This document shows positions 1 to 9,645 of a stretch of 64,000 bases of DNA, one piece after another. A program made the translations under genes and the position numbers. The notes beneath the pieces were generated by a model, which worked only from the letters and a program-made list of their open reading frames with translations, did no database searches and was not told the DNA's origin. Every line of letters begins with the position of its first letter. The stretch's first letter is position 1. Origin of the DNA: Anaeromyxobacteraceae bacterium (GTDB taxonomy: Bacteria; Myxococcota; Myxococcia; Myxococcales; Anaeromyxobacteraceae); contig JASGHJ010000001.1 of NCBI GenBank assembly GCA_047602405.1, positions 320,001 through 384,000 on the forward strand, in the 5' to 3' direction.

Positions 1-2490
1 GACCAGAGCAGGTTCGGCAGCGCGCCCGCGTTGAGCGTGAAGTCGTACCCGCCGGCCACGTGGCAGATCTCGCAGTTGTTGAGGCGGCTCGGGAAGGTGA
101 TCTCCGCGTAGTCCTCGACGTTGTCGTAGCAGGGGTCGACGACCGTGCAGGTGCACGGCGCCGCGACGGTGCAGACGTTCTGGCCCTGCGTGCCCTTCGT
201 GGCCGTGCCCGTGTACTGGGGGACCGCGGCCGCGTGCCAGGTGAAGTCGACGACGCGCTTGCGGGCCGCGTGGATGTCGTGGAGGACGTCCTTGGTGTTC
301 GCCGACCAGCCCGAGGAGGCGCGGTTCGGGTTGTGGCACCAGGAGCAGGACGGGCCGTCGTTGCGCTGGCCGGCGTGGAACGTCGGGTTCGCGCCGAGGA
401 ACGAGTGGCAGGTGAGGCACTTCGCGTTGTCGACGACGACGCGGCGGCCGGTGTAGCCCGTCGCGACCTTCGTGAGGTTCTGGGCCGGCACGATGAGGCC
501 GCCCTGCTTCGTCGCCGGGACGTACGCGTACTTCGCGACGTCGGCCGCGCTCATGCCCGTGAGGTCGGTCTGGGTGAGCGGCTGCGTGGTCGAGAGGCCG
601 TAGGTGTAGCCGAGGCCGCCGGTCAGCATGACCGCGTTGTCACCGACGGTCGTGCCCGTCGCCGTGAGGGTGTAGTACCCGTTCGCGTCGGGGCCGGTGA
701 GCGTCGCCGAGGTGGCCGACTTGTTGTTGATGGCCTTCAGGTAGACGCTCGCCGACATGTTGAAGTCGGCCGGCTTCGCGATGCCGTCCTGCGGGATCGC
801 CCACACGAAGTAGGCGGAGGGCGAGCCGACGAACCCGTCGACGAGCTCCTGGGCGGGGGTCGAGGCGGCGGGCGGCGTCGTGAAGACGACGTCGGTCGTG
901 GTCGTGCCGACCGTCTTCTTGAGCTTGAACACCATCACCGGGTTCTTCGAGGCGTTCCGCGACACGCTCGAGATGTCGTAGGTGATCTTCGCCGCGCCGG
1001 AGGGGACCATGCCCGCGGCCGCGATGAAGGCGGCGTTCGTGTTGTTGTTGCCGGCGCCGAAGCAAGGCGCGGCGACCGTGCAGGTGCAGGGCGCGAACGC
1101 CGTGCAGTTGATGGCGCCGGCGCCGGAGCCCTGGGTGCCCGCGGTGGCGTAGCCGTCGGTCTGGCCGGCCGTGCCGGCCGCCGTCAGGAAGAGGTTCGAC
1201 GCGTCGGGCGGGGCGATGGCGACGTGGTAGCCGCGGACCTTCGCCTCACCGTGGCAGAGCGTGCAGCCGTCGTCGTTCGTCGCGGCGCCGCCGGTGTGGT
1301 TCGTGCCGGTCGTCCAGTCGATGCTGTCGTGGCAGGAGCCGCAGGCCGCGCGGGTCGGGCGGGTGAACGCCTGGGCGCCGAAGGTCGCGCCGCCGTGGCA
1401 CTCGTCGCAGTTCCGGATGTCCTGCGGGTAGGTCACCTCGCGGATGCCGTGGAACGCGTTCGGGACGCAGGGGTTCGTGACCGTGCAGGTGCAGGTGGCG
1501 GTCGCGGAGCAGGTCTTGTCCGCGCCGTTCGTGCCGGCGCCGATCTGGATGCCCTTCGTCTGCGTGCCGGTCGTGATGCGGCTGAGCTCCTCGGAGAAGT
1601 GGATCCGGTGGACGAAGACCATCGCGTCCGCGTCCGGGTTCGAGGTGCGGCCCGGGTTGTGGCAGACGTTGCAGTACGGGCCCTCGACGCGGCCGCCGCC
1701 GTGGAAGGCGTCGGAGAGGAATCTCGGGCTTGAAGTCGGCGTGGCACTTCGAGCAGGCGGCCGTCGTCACGAGCTCGCGCTTCGTGGTCGAGGCGGTGTT
1801 GGTCGCCGGCACGTAGTAGTAGGCCTGGTTCGCCGCGTAGAACGTGAGCACGTTCGAGGTGTTGTCGCGGTCGGTCTGGCGGGACGCCTGGATCCAGATG
1901 ACGTGCGTGTCGTTCAGCTTGGTGGCGTCGTAGGCGACGGCCTGCGCGCCGCCCGCCGTGTTCGCGGTCGGGAACGTGTACGTGTAGTCACCGTTGCCCG
2001 TGCCGTTCTCGACGATCGTACCCTGGCCCGCGGAGCCGGCCGTGAACGAGGTGGGCTGGGGGGTCGTGCCGCTCTTCGTGAGGACGGTCAGCGGCAGCTG
2101 CTTGCCGTTCGCGTCGACCGAGAGGCGGGAGAGGGAGAAGCGGACCGTGAAGGCGGTGTTGACGGAGTAGGCGCCCTTCACGTCCACCGGGTAGCCGGAG
2201 TCGTCCTTGAGCGTGAAGCGGACCGAGATGGCGCCGCTCGTCGAGTCGGTGGAGGTGCTCGCCACCGCAATCTTGAGGCCCTTCGTCACGCCGGGCGCGT
2301 TGGTGCCGCCCGCGGGGCCGGTCGGGCCGGTGGGACCCGTCGGCCCGGTGGGGCCGGTCGGGCCGGTGGGGCCGGGGGCGCCGGTCTGGCCGTCGAGGCC
2401 GTTCTTGCCGTCGGCACCGGCGCAGCCGGTGATCACGAGGGCGCTCGCGAACATCAGCGCGAGACCGCTCTTCCGCATCATTGGGGTCAT
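1..2490 (-). CDS. OmcA/MtrC-family multiheme c-type cytochrome lipoprotein (cytochrome 1); one frameshift at ~1720; 3' end beyond window
   Basis: ATG at 2490 with GGAGAA SD; lipobox VITGC; 13 GXY triplets. Removing one base at 1720/1721 gives a continuous frame with CSKCH, CNVCH, CDECH, CGSCH, CTLCH, then CLTCH, CSWCH, CEICH, plus family motifs VHRIH and TYPQDIRNC. Confidence 0.9.
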
Positions 2491-2556
2491 CGTTTTCTCC
2501 GAGCTTCGGGGACGCTCGAGCCCGCGCTGGGAGAGCGCGGACCACCTTTGGCGGGC

Positions 2557-2585
2557 ATGAACGCGCGGTCCATCAGGGTCGTCAA
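2557..2585 (-). promoter_or_regulatory. Putative promoter TTGACG-N17-GTTCAT of cytochrome 1
   Basis: Same motif, with 17-18 bp spacing, upstream of all four cytochrome genes. Confidence 0.6.
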
Positions 2586-2961
2586 CCAGGGGCCGGATCA
2601 AAACCTATTAGGCCTGGAACTTCGCTCACTTACGGCGCCCCGCAGCCTTTTCGTCGCACCCCTTTCCCCACAAAAGCCGAGTCATCCCAGGATGTTCCCG
2701 TGATCAGGCTCATTTTGCCGCACCTGCTGCGACGCGTCGTCTGGGTCCGGGCTTCCTGAGAGGGGGTCGCGCTAGAATTGCCGTGTCCGCGGGTCAGCGT
2801 CGAGCTCGAACGGCGGGTCCTCCGAGACGCGACAATCCGCCTTTTCCACGTCTTTACGGACCCATGGGGGATGGGTCGCCTGCGCACCCACAGGTAGGTC
2901 AGCAGGGGACCGGCCGACCCCGCAAAAAGAGCAGGGTCACGAAGGCCCCGGAAAGAGCGAA

Positions 2962-2989
2962 GGGCGGGGACGCTCGCGCGCCCCCGCCC
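2962..2989 (-). terminator. GC-rich hairpin downstream of cytochrome 2
   Basis: GGGCGGGG...CCCCGCCC stem followed on the minus strand by TTCGCTCTTT; homologous hairpins follow cytochromes 3 and 4. Confidence 0.55.
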
Positions 2990-3014
2990 CTCATGTTTCA
3001 CCGACCGTGATCGA

Positions 3015-5534
3015 CTACTTGAAGATCGCGGCGATCTTCGCGATCACGGCGTCGAACACGCCGGTGTTGGCGACGAGCAGCGTGCCGTTCGCGTGCTGGT
3101 GCTCGTAGAAGGACGCGAGCAGCGCGGCGTCGTCCTCCTTGATCATCTGCGTGCGGTGGCAGGAGCCGCAGGCGCGGGCGCCCGGGCCGGTCACGTAGGA
3201 CGCGACCGTGCCGATGTTGCGGTCCCAGCCGGCCTTCGGCTGCGACGACGCGGAGAGGACGCTCGCCATCGACCGCGACTGATCAGGGACGTTGTAGGTC
3301 CCGGCGTAGTGGCAGGACTCGCAGTTCTTGATCGAGAAGTTCGGGTAGACGGCGTCGTTCTTCTCCTCGTAGCGGAGCTTCGCGATCGGGTTCGTGAAGT
3401 CGACCGTCGAGAGGTCGAACGCCTGCATCGAGTGGATCGCGTGCACGTACGAGTCGATCGAGCGCGACTGCATCTCGAGGTGCGCGCCGCCGTTGCCGAC
3501 GACGTGGCAGAGGCGGCAGCCGACGACGCCGGCCGAGCCGTAGGACACGTTGTGGAACGTCGTGCCGAGCGCGTCGTGGCACTTGTTGCACTTGTCCGGG
3601 TTCACGATCTGCTTGCCGTAGGAGCCCGCGTCGGCGACGAGCGCCTTGCCCACGAGGTCGAACGTGCGGGTGATGCCCTTGGCCTGGACGTACGGGTTGT
3701 AGTTCGGGTTCGCGCTCGTCACGCTGTTCACGGTGACGGTCGGCGCGTTGTCCGGGGTCTTCGTCTGGTCGAGGCCGATGACCGGGAGGACGCCGATCTC
3801 CATCCGCTTGACCGAGCCGTCCGCGAGCTTCGAGGCCCACAGGGTGAGGTCGGCGACGGCGACCCACGCCTTGTTGCCCGCCGTGGCGGTGGCCGGGGTG
3901 ATGGCGAGGCGCGGGCTGTTGCCCGTCGCGCCCTCGGCCCACTCGAGGTTGCGCTTGCCGTCCGGAGCCGGCTGCGAGCCGTGGCCGCCCACGATGAAGT
4001 CCTTCGTGTCGTAGCCGTAGAGGCTCATCACGACCGTCGGCTTGACGATGGCCTGCGCGTTCAGGTCGGCGCCCGCCATCGAGAAGTTCACGGTGAGCTT
4101 GTTGGTCGTGGCGTCGAACGTCGCGGAGTCGACCGTGGTGGTGATGGCGTACGCGGTCGTCTCGGTCTTGTGGGCCGTCTTGTCGTAGCCGGGGTGAATC
4201 TCGGCGAGCGTCTTGCCCGAGCCGCCGGCCTTGTGGCAGGTCGAGCAGTCGAACGAGCCGTAGAGGTCCATCGTGTGGATGGCCGCGTAGGCCGCCGGGA
4301 TGGCGGTCTTGAGCGCCGGGGCGCGGCCCGGGGCGGTGCCGCCCGTGCCGGTGACCGGGTGGCAGCTCTTGCAGGTCGTCAGGGTGAAGTGCGAGTCCGC
4401 GAGGACGACGTTGAGCTTGCCCGCGTGGCAGGTCGAGCAGTTCGCCATCGACTGCGGATACTCGAACTCGAACGCGTGCGAGTTGTGCGTGTCGTTCATC
4501 ACGTTCGCGACGTAGGCGTACTTCGACTTCTGCGCGGCGGTGAGCACGCCGCCCTGCGTCTCGAAGGCCGCCGGGTCATCGGTGACGAGGTACCAGCCGC
4601 CGTCCGTGCCGCGGCGATCGTCCGTGTGGCAGGCCTTGCAGGCGACGAAGTCGTTCAGGCCGGCGACGGTGGCCTGGCGGTAGCCGTGCTTCGAGTACGG
4701 CGCGCCGTGGCACTTCTCGCAGCCCGTGACCGTGGCCGAGGAGGTGTAGTTGATCGCGCCCTTCACCACCTTCGCGAAGGAGACCATGTTGTCCATGAGC
4801 GCGTAGTGGCGGCCGCCCGGGTTGTCGTTGCCCTCGAGGGTCGGGATGACGGCGTCGCCGAAGTAGCCGTAGACGAACGCGTTCGTCGCGGAGGCCATCG
4901 GGTCGGCGGTGAGGTTGTCCTTCACGGCCGTCCAGGTGCCGGTGGCGGCGTCGGTCAGCGTCCAGCCGCCGAAGGTGAAGTTCTGGGGCGAGCCGGCCAC
5001 GCTGCCGCCGGTCTCACCGGTCGGGTCGGTCGCGGCGTCGTTCACGTACGGCGGCGTCACGAACTTCGTGCCGTCGAACGTCGTGAAGTAGACCGTCTTC
5101 TGCTTCAGCGCGGAGATCGCGTCCGTGTAGGGCTTCCCGCCCTTCTTCAGCGTGAAGGTGACGGTGGCCTTGAAGGTGTTGGCGTTCGTGCCGGGGGTGA
5201 CGTCGACCGTGCCGACGAAGGCGGCCGCGAACTTGGTGCTGCCCTGGTTGATGCCGTCCGCATAGTTGTTGTAGTCGGCCTGGTGCGCCGCGCCGGCCGC
5301 CGGGTGGCAGACCTCGCAGGACTCGGCCTTGGCCGTCTCGGTGAGGTCCTGGCCGGCGGGGCCGGTCGGGCCCGTGGGGCCGGTGGGGCCGGTCGGGCCG
5401 GTGGCGCCGTCCTGGCCGTCGATGCCGTCCGTGCCGTTGGCGCCGGCCTTGCCGTCGGCGCCGGAGCAGCCGCTGATCGCGAGCGTGCCGGCGGCGACCA
5501 CCGCGAGCAGGCTCTTCCAGTTCATCGTGTTCAT
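3015..5534 (-). CDS. OmcA/MtrC-family decaheme cytochrome lipoprotein (cytochrome 2)
   Basis: Start MNTMNWKSLL with GGAGAA SD; lipobox AISGC; 13 GXY; ten CXXCH (CEVCH, CEKCH, CKACH, CSTCH, CKSCH, CSTCH, CNKCH, CRLCH, CESCH, CGSCH). Confidence 0.92.
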   Translation of the reverse strand: MNTMNWKSLLAVVAAGTLAISGCSGADGKAGANGTDGIDGQDGATGPTGPTGPTGPTGPAGQDLTETAKAESCEVCHPAAGAAHQADYNNYADGINQGSTKFAAAFVGTVDVTPGTNANTFKATVTFTLKKGGKPYTDAISALKQKTVYFTTFDGTKFVTPPYVNDAATDPTGETGGSVAGSPQNFTFGGWTLTDAATGTWTAVKDNLTADPMASATNAFVYGYFGDAVIPTLEGNDNPGGRHYALMDNMVSFAKVVKGAINYTSSATVTGCEKCHGAPYSKHGYRQATVAGLNDFVACKACHTDDRRGTDGGWYLVTDDPAAFETQGGVLTAAQKSKYAYVANVMNDTHNSHAFEFEYPQSMANCSTCHAGKLNVVLADSHFTLTTCKSCHPVTGTGGTAPGRAPALKTAIPAAYAAIHTMDLYGSFDCSTCHKAGGSGKTLAEIHPGYDKTAHKTETTAYAITTTVDSATFDATTNKLTVNFSMAGADLNAQAIVKPTVVMSLYGYDTKDFIVGGHGSQPAPDGKRNLEWAEGATGNSPRLAITPATATAGNKAWVAVADLTLWASKLADGSVKRMEIGVLPVIGLDQTKTPDNAPTVTVNSVTSANPNYNPYVQAKGITRTFDLVGKALVADAGSYGKQIVNPDKCNKCHDALGTTFHNVSYGSAGVVGCRLCHVVGNGGAHLEMQSRSIDSYVHAIHSMQAFDLSTVDFTNPIAKLRYEEKNDAVYPNFSIKNCESCHYAGTYNVPDQSRSMASVLSASSQPKAGWDRNIGTVASYVTGPGARACGSCHRTQMIKEDDAALLASFYEHQHANGTLLVANTGVFDAVIAKIAAIFK

Positions 5535-5720
5535 CGCGTGTGTTTCTCCGAGCTGATGCGTCCGTGGACTGCTGCTGCGTGCTTCAGGAAGCTGCGGGGG
5601 TACTCGCACGGTGAAGCTGCGTGCGAGCTCGACTTCACGCGGCCATGAACGCCCCGGCCACGGAGCGGGTCAACAACTCGGCTCCACTTTGTTCAATCGG
5701 CGCGCAATCCCGGCCACTTG
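5535..5720. repeat. 5' leader/promoter region of cytochrome 2, homologous to 8890-9071
   Basis: Shared blocks GCGTGTGTTTCTCCGAGCTGATGCGTCCGTGGAC, GCTGCGGGGGT..CGCACGGTGAA, GGCCATGAACGCC, GGGTCAACA and GCGCAATCCCGSCCACTTGC. Confidence 0.85.
5645..5673 (-). promoter_or_regulatory. Putative promoter TTGACC-N17-GTTCAT of cytochrome 2
   Basis: Motif conserved across paralogs while the spacer sequence differs. Confidence 0.6.
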
Positions 5721-6100
5721 CAGTGCGCGCAATCTTGGCGCCGCTCGACCTTTCGTAAAATCCGCTGTCGGCGCCGTGTAAACGGCCGAGATCAGGTGGC
5801 TCCTCGACCGGGTAGTCACGCGGCCTCCCCTCGCGCACATCGGCCCCCGGCGAATCGCGCAATCATCGCGCCTGGGGGCACGCAATTCGTGGCGCGGCCC
5901 TGGGTGCGTCCGGCCTGCGTGAAATGACCCACGCGCCGGGCACGCGCCGGGAGCGCCCCGGAGTGCGACCATCACCGCGGGTCAACACCTCGCTTTCACC
6001 CCTGGGCCCGTGGGGTTGCGGCGCCACGCCCGGCGGCGCGGCGGCCGGGAGCGGTGCGACACGAGCCGTGATCGAGGGACGCGCGGAGGCGCCGCAGCGA

Positions 6101-6240
6101 GGGTCGCGAGCACCCGCGCGGTCGCGCCGCACTCGCGGCGATCCGCCGCGCGCGTGGGCGCGCATCACCGAAGGTGACGGAGCACGAAAGGCGAGGGGCG
6201 GAGGCGCTCGACGCGCCCCCGCCCCTCGATGTTCACCTAC
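6101..6240. repeat. ~140 bp 3' element with terminator-like hairpin (6192-6228), copy 1
   Basis: Colinear with 9451-9590; several short inverted repeats; ends ATGTTCACCTAC. Confidence 0.85.
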
Positions 6241-6249
6241 TGTGACTGG

Positions 6250-8889
6250 CTACGGCAGCTTCGCGGCGTCGATCAGCGCCTGACGGCCGCCGGTGACCGG
6301 CGCCGGCAGGATGCCGTTCGTGTACGCGTGGGTCCGGAGGATGAACTGCTCCACCGGGTCACGCGACTGGTGGCAGGTCATGCAGGAGGCCGCGCCGGGG
6401 CCGACGAGGACGTCGTCGGTGAGCCCCGGGAGATCACCCCAGGGCGCCGCGCCGGCGTCCTGCTCGGTGACCGCGACGGCCAGCGTCGGATCCGGCATCT
6501 CCTCGACCGCGCCGTCCACGTGGCAGGCGCTGCAGTCGGCGAGCGCACGCGGGTAGTGCACCTCGACGAAGTTGTGCGTCTTCGTCACGGCCGTGGTGTT
6601 GGCGGCGTCGCACTGCGTCCCGGTGGCCGTGGAGGGCGCGCCGGAGCCCGCGACGACCTTGCAGCCGGTGCCCGGCCACGCGGGCTGCGCGGCGAGGGCC
6701 TCCTTCGAGCCGAAGAAGTAGACGCCGTTCGTCCGGTAGAAGACGAGCGGCTCACCCGAGCCGGCCTCGCCCGCGGAGTGGATCGCGTGCACCATCGAGC
6801 GCAGGTCGTAGGTCTGGCCCACCTGGCCGTCGTACGCCTCCGCCGCCGTGACGCCCATGGCGACCCGGTTGTTCTTCTCGTTCGCCGCGGGGTTGTGGCA
6901 CATCACGCAGAGCTCGATCGAGTCCACGCGGTTGCCGCCGTGCTGGTACATCGAGCCGAGGTGGCAGGCCTCGCACTTCGCGAAGCTGACGATCTGCCGG
7001 CGCGGGACGGCCGGGGCGGCGCCCGTGCCGACGACGAACTCGCGCGAGGGCGAGGTCGAGCGGATCTGGATCACGGCGGAGGTCGTGCCCGCCGTCGGGG
7101 TGAACGCGATCTGCGGCTTGCCCTGGAGCGAGACGATGCCCTTCGTGGCGGTGGTCGTCTCGACCGGGATCGTCGTGGTGGCGACGTTCGCGGCGCAGGT
7201 CGTGTTCGTGGCGGTGACGTTCACGGCGGCGCCCGGCTGGCCGGGGCTCGTGCCCGGGCCACCGACCCAGTCGTTGCCGATCGCGTAGGCGCGGAGGACC
7301 GACAGGTTGCTCGCGACCTGACCCGTGGTGGCGTTCGCGGTCGCGCCGAAGAAGACCGGCGCGGTCGCCGAGACCGTCTGGTTGCAGGGGTTGACCGCGG
7401 TGCCGCCCTGCGTGGCGGTCCAGGTGATGACGAGGTTCGTGCCGGAGACCGACACGCCCGTGATGTTCATGAGCACCGAGTCACCGAGGACGACCGACTG
7501 ATCGGCGCCGTCCCAGATCAGGCCGCCGCGCTCCGTGCGCGCGCCGTTGTGGAACTCGGCCACGCGGTCGGGCATGGCGTCGGCGAGGGTGTTGTCGGTG
7601 TCCGGGGTGTGGCACGTGGCGGTGCAGGTGGTCAGCGTCGCCGTGGCGGCGGTGATGTTCCGGTGCAGCGCCGCGGCCGAGCCGCCCACGACCGTCTTCG
7701 AGAAGCCGTCCCAGTTCTGGTGGCAGGACATGCAGAGGCGCCAGCTCGGCGGCTGGTCCTGGACCCGGGCGAGGGTCGCCGGCGTGTTGTGGCAGACCGA
7801 GCAGTTGTTCATGTAGCTCGGGAAGCCGACCGAGAACGAGGAGCTGACCGTGGGGACCGGCGGGTTGTCGTTGTTCGGGTTCTTCGCGCCGCCGACGCTG
7901 CGGACGTAGGTGCCGGCCGGCGCGGGGGCGTCGTACCAGCCCTCGGCGAGCGGGCCGTTGTTGGCGTTCGAGACGCGGTCCGGATCCCAGCGGCGGGCGA
8001 CGTTGCCGCCCGGCATGTTGTGGGAGTTGTGGATGCCGTGGACGTAGCCCATCAGGCGCGAGCCGCCGCCCGTGGAGAGGTCGGCCGCCGTCGCGCCGGT
8101 GACGCCCAGGCCGGGGCCCGCGGAGTCCCAGCGGTTGTGGCACACGACGCACGCCTCGACGCCGCGCGGGTTCACGCCGTGGTGCTCGGCCGCCTCCGGG
8201 CCCTCGGGCTCGCGGAAGACCTTGTCGCCGTGGCAGTTGAAGCAGGAGACGTTCGAGACGACGAAGGCGTCGGCGCCGCCGAGGTGCACGACGACGGTCG
8301 CGGCGTCGGGGGCGTTGCCGTTGTCGATGCGGAGCATGAACGTCGTGCCGGCCGCGAAGTCGGGCTCGCGGACGTTCGGGCCGAAGCCGGCGATGGTGGC
8401 CTCGTAGTCGCCGTTCCACTTGTTGACGAGCGTGATCGGGTTCACGGCCGTGTCGATGCTGGTGCGGACGCCGTACTTCGAGGTGGCGTTCCGGACCCAC
8501 CAGTAGCCGCCCACGACGTGCGTGAAGTTGTTGGCGTTGACGCCGTCGACCTTCACGTTGAAGCGGATGACGAGGTTGTTGTCGGTGGCGACGGGGGCGA
8601 CCAGCGCCTCCTCGGCCACGGTGACGATGCCGCGCGCGGCGTGGCGCGTGGCGATCCCGCCGTGGCAGCCGTCGCACTTCTCGGTGAGGGAGACGGGGGC
8701 CGGCGAGCCGGGATCACCCTTGGGGCCGGTGGGCCCCGTCGGGCCGGTGGGGCCGGTCGGGCCCGTGGTGCCGGGCGAGCCGGTGGCGCCGTCGAGGCCG
8801 TTCTTGCCGTCGGCGCCGGAACAGCCGCTGATCGCGAGCGTGCCGGCGGCGACGACCGCGAGCAGGCCCTTCCAGTTCAAGGTGTTCAT
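6250..8889 (-). CDS. OmcA/MtrC-family decaheme cytochrome lipoprotein (cytochrome 3)
   Basis: Start MNTLNWKGLL; lipobox AISGC; 13 GXY; nine CXXCH plus one CXXXCH (CTATCH). Confidence 0.92.
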   Translation of the reverse strand: MNTLNWKGLLAVVAAGTLAISGCSGADGKNGLDGATGSPGTTGPTGPTGPTGPTGPKGDPGSPAPVSLTEKCDGCHGGIATRHAARGIVTVAEEALVAPVATDNNLVIRFNVKVDGVNANNFTHVVGGYWWVRNATSKYGVRTSIDTAVNPITLVNKWNGDYEATIAGFGPNVREPDFAAGTTFMLRIDNGNAPDAATVVVHLGGADAFVVSNVSCFNCHGDKVFREPEGPEAAEHHGVNPRGVEACVVCHNRWDSAGPGLGVTGATAADLSTGGGSRLMGYVHGIHNSHNMPGGNVARRWDPDRVSNANNGPLAEGWYDAPAPAGTYVRSVGGAKNPNNDNPPVPTVSSSFSVGFPSYMNNCSVCHNTPATLARVQDQPPSWRLCMSCHQNWDGFSKTVVGGSAAALHRNITAATATLTTCTATCHTPDTDNTLADAMPDRVAEFHNGARTERGGLIWDGADQSVVLGDSVLMNITGVSVSGTNLVITWTATQGGTAVNPCNQTVSATAPVFFGATANATTGQVASNLSVLRAYAIGNDWVGGPGTSPGQPGAAVNVTATNTTCAANVATTTIPVETTTATKGIVSLQGKPQIAFTPTAGTTSAVIQIRSTSPSREFVVGTGAAPAVPRRQIVSFAKCEACHLGSMYQHGGNRVDSIELCVMCHNPAANEKNNRVAMGVTAAEAYDGQVGQTYDLRSMVHAIHSAGEAGSGEPLVFYRTNGVYFFGSKEALAAQPAWPGTGCKVVAGSGAPSTATGTQCDAANTTAVTKTHNFVEVHYPRALADCSACHVDGAVEEMPDPTLAVAVTEQDAGAAPWGDLPGLTDDVLVGPGAASCMTCHQSRDPVEQFILRTHAYTNGILPAPVTGGRQALIDAAKLP

Positions 8890-8994
8890 TGCGTGTGTTT
8901 CTCCGAGCTGATGCGTCCGTGGACCGCTGACTTCGACAGGAGGCTGCGGGGGTGCGCGCACGGTGAACTCCTCCGCGCGCGCGATTGCGTGGCC

Positions 8995-9023
8995 ATGAAC
9001 GCCGGTCTCGCGCGGGGGGTCAA
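8995..9023 (-). promoter_or_regulatory. Putative promoter TTGACC-N17-GTTCAT of cytochrome 3
   Basis: Conserved motif and spacing. Confidence 0.6.
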
Positions 9024-9450
9024 CATCTCGACCTTGCATCGTGCAATGGCGGCGCAATCCCGCCCACTTGCGGATCGCGCAGGATTCGCGCGGCGGCGCC
9101 GCCCCCGATCACCTCCGGGCGCATCGCCCAACCCACGGTGATCTCGATGCTCCTTGCCCGCGTGGGCGAACACCCCTCGTCGCCCCACATCACCCGGCGC
9201 CAGATCGCGCATTCCTTGCGACCTCGAGGCGCAGATCGGTGCGCGCGCCTGGGTGCCGGTGGACTGCGTGAAATCACCCATACGTTCCGTGAAAATCCGC
9301 GCCGCCCCGGATCTCCGTCTCCACCCTCCGTGAACCACGGAGGTTGGTCTGCGATCCCGTGCGGTTGAGGCACGGCGGGGACGGGCGGGGGTGCCGCGAT
9401 CGGGGCGGCACGTCCCGTGCGCCGGGGACGCCGACGAGGACGCGAGGTAC

Positions 9451-9590
9451 GGGTCGCGCGCACCCGCGCGGCCAGGCCGCACCCGCGGCGTCCTGCCGCG
9501 CGCGCCGGGGCGCATCACGGAGGGTGACCGTGCACGAAGCGCGGGGGGCGGAGGCGCCGTCCGCGCCCCCGCCCCCCGATGTTCACCTAC
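9451..9590. repeat. ~140 bp 3' element with terminator-like hairpin (9542-9578), copy 2
   Basis: Colinear with 6101-6240. Confidence 0.85.
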
Positions 9591-9645
9591 CGTCACCACC
9601 TCCCGTGCGCCGGGCGCTCCGGCACCCGGGGAGCGGGCCGCCGCG

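Noticed and set aside
2302..2418. 9-bp tandem repeats as CRISPR or non-coding VNTR
   Set aside because: In-frame GPT codon repeats with synonymous variation; no spacers or cas genes.
2600..2950. Cyclic dinucleotide (GEMM-I) riboswitch upstream of the cytochromes, as in Geobacter
   Set aside because: Hairpins are present (e.g. GACCCAT-N5-ATGGGTC) but no GGCAAA..GAAA..GACGCAAA pattern, and the region lies upstream of the inferred promoter. An Infernal scan would be decisive.
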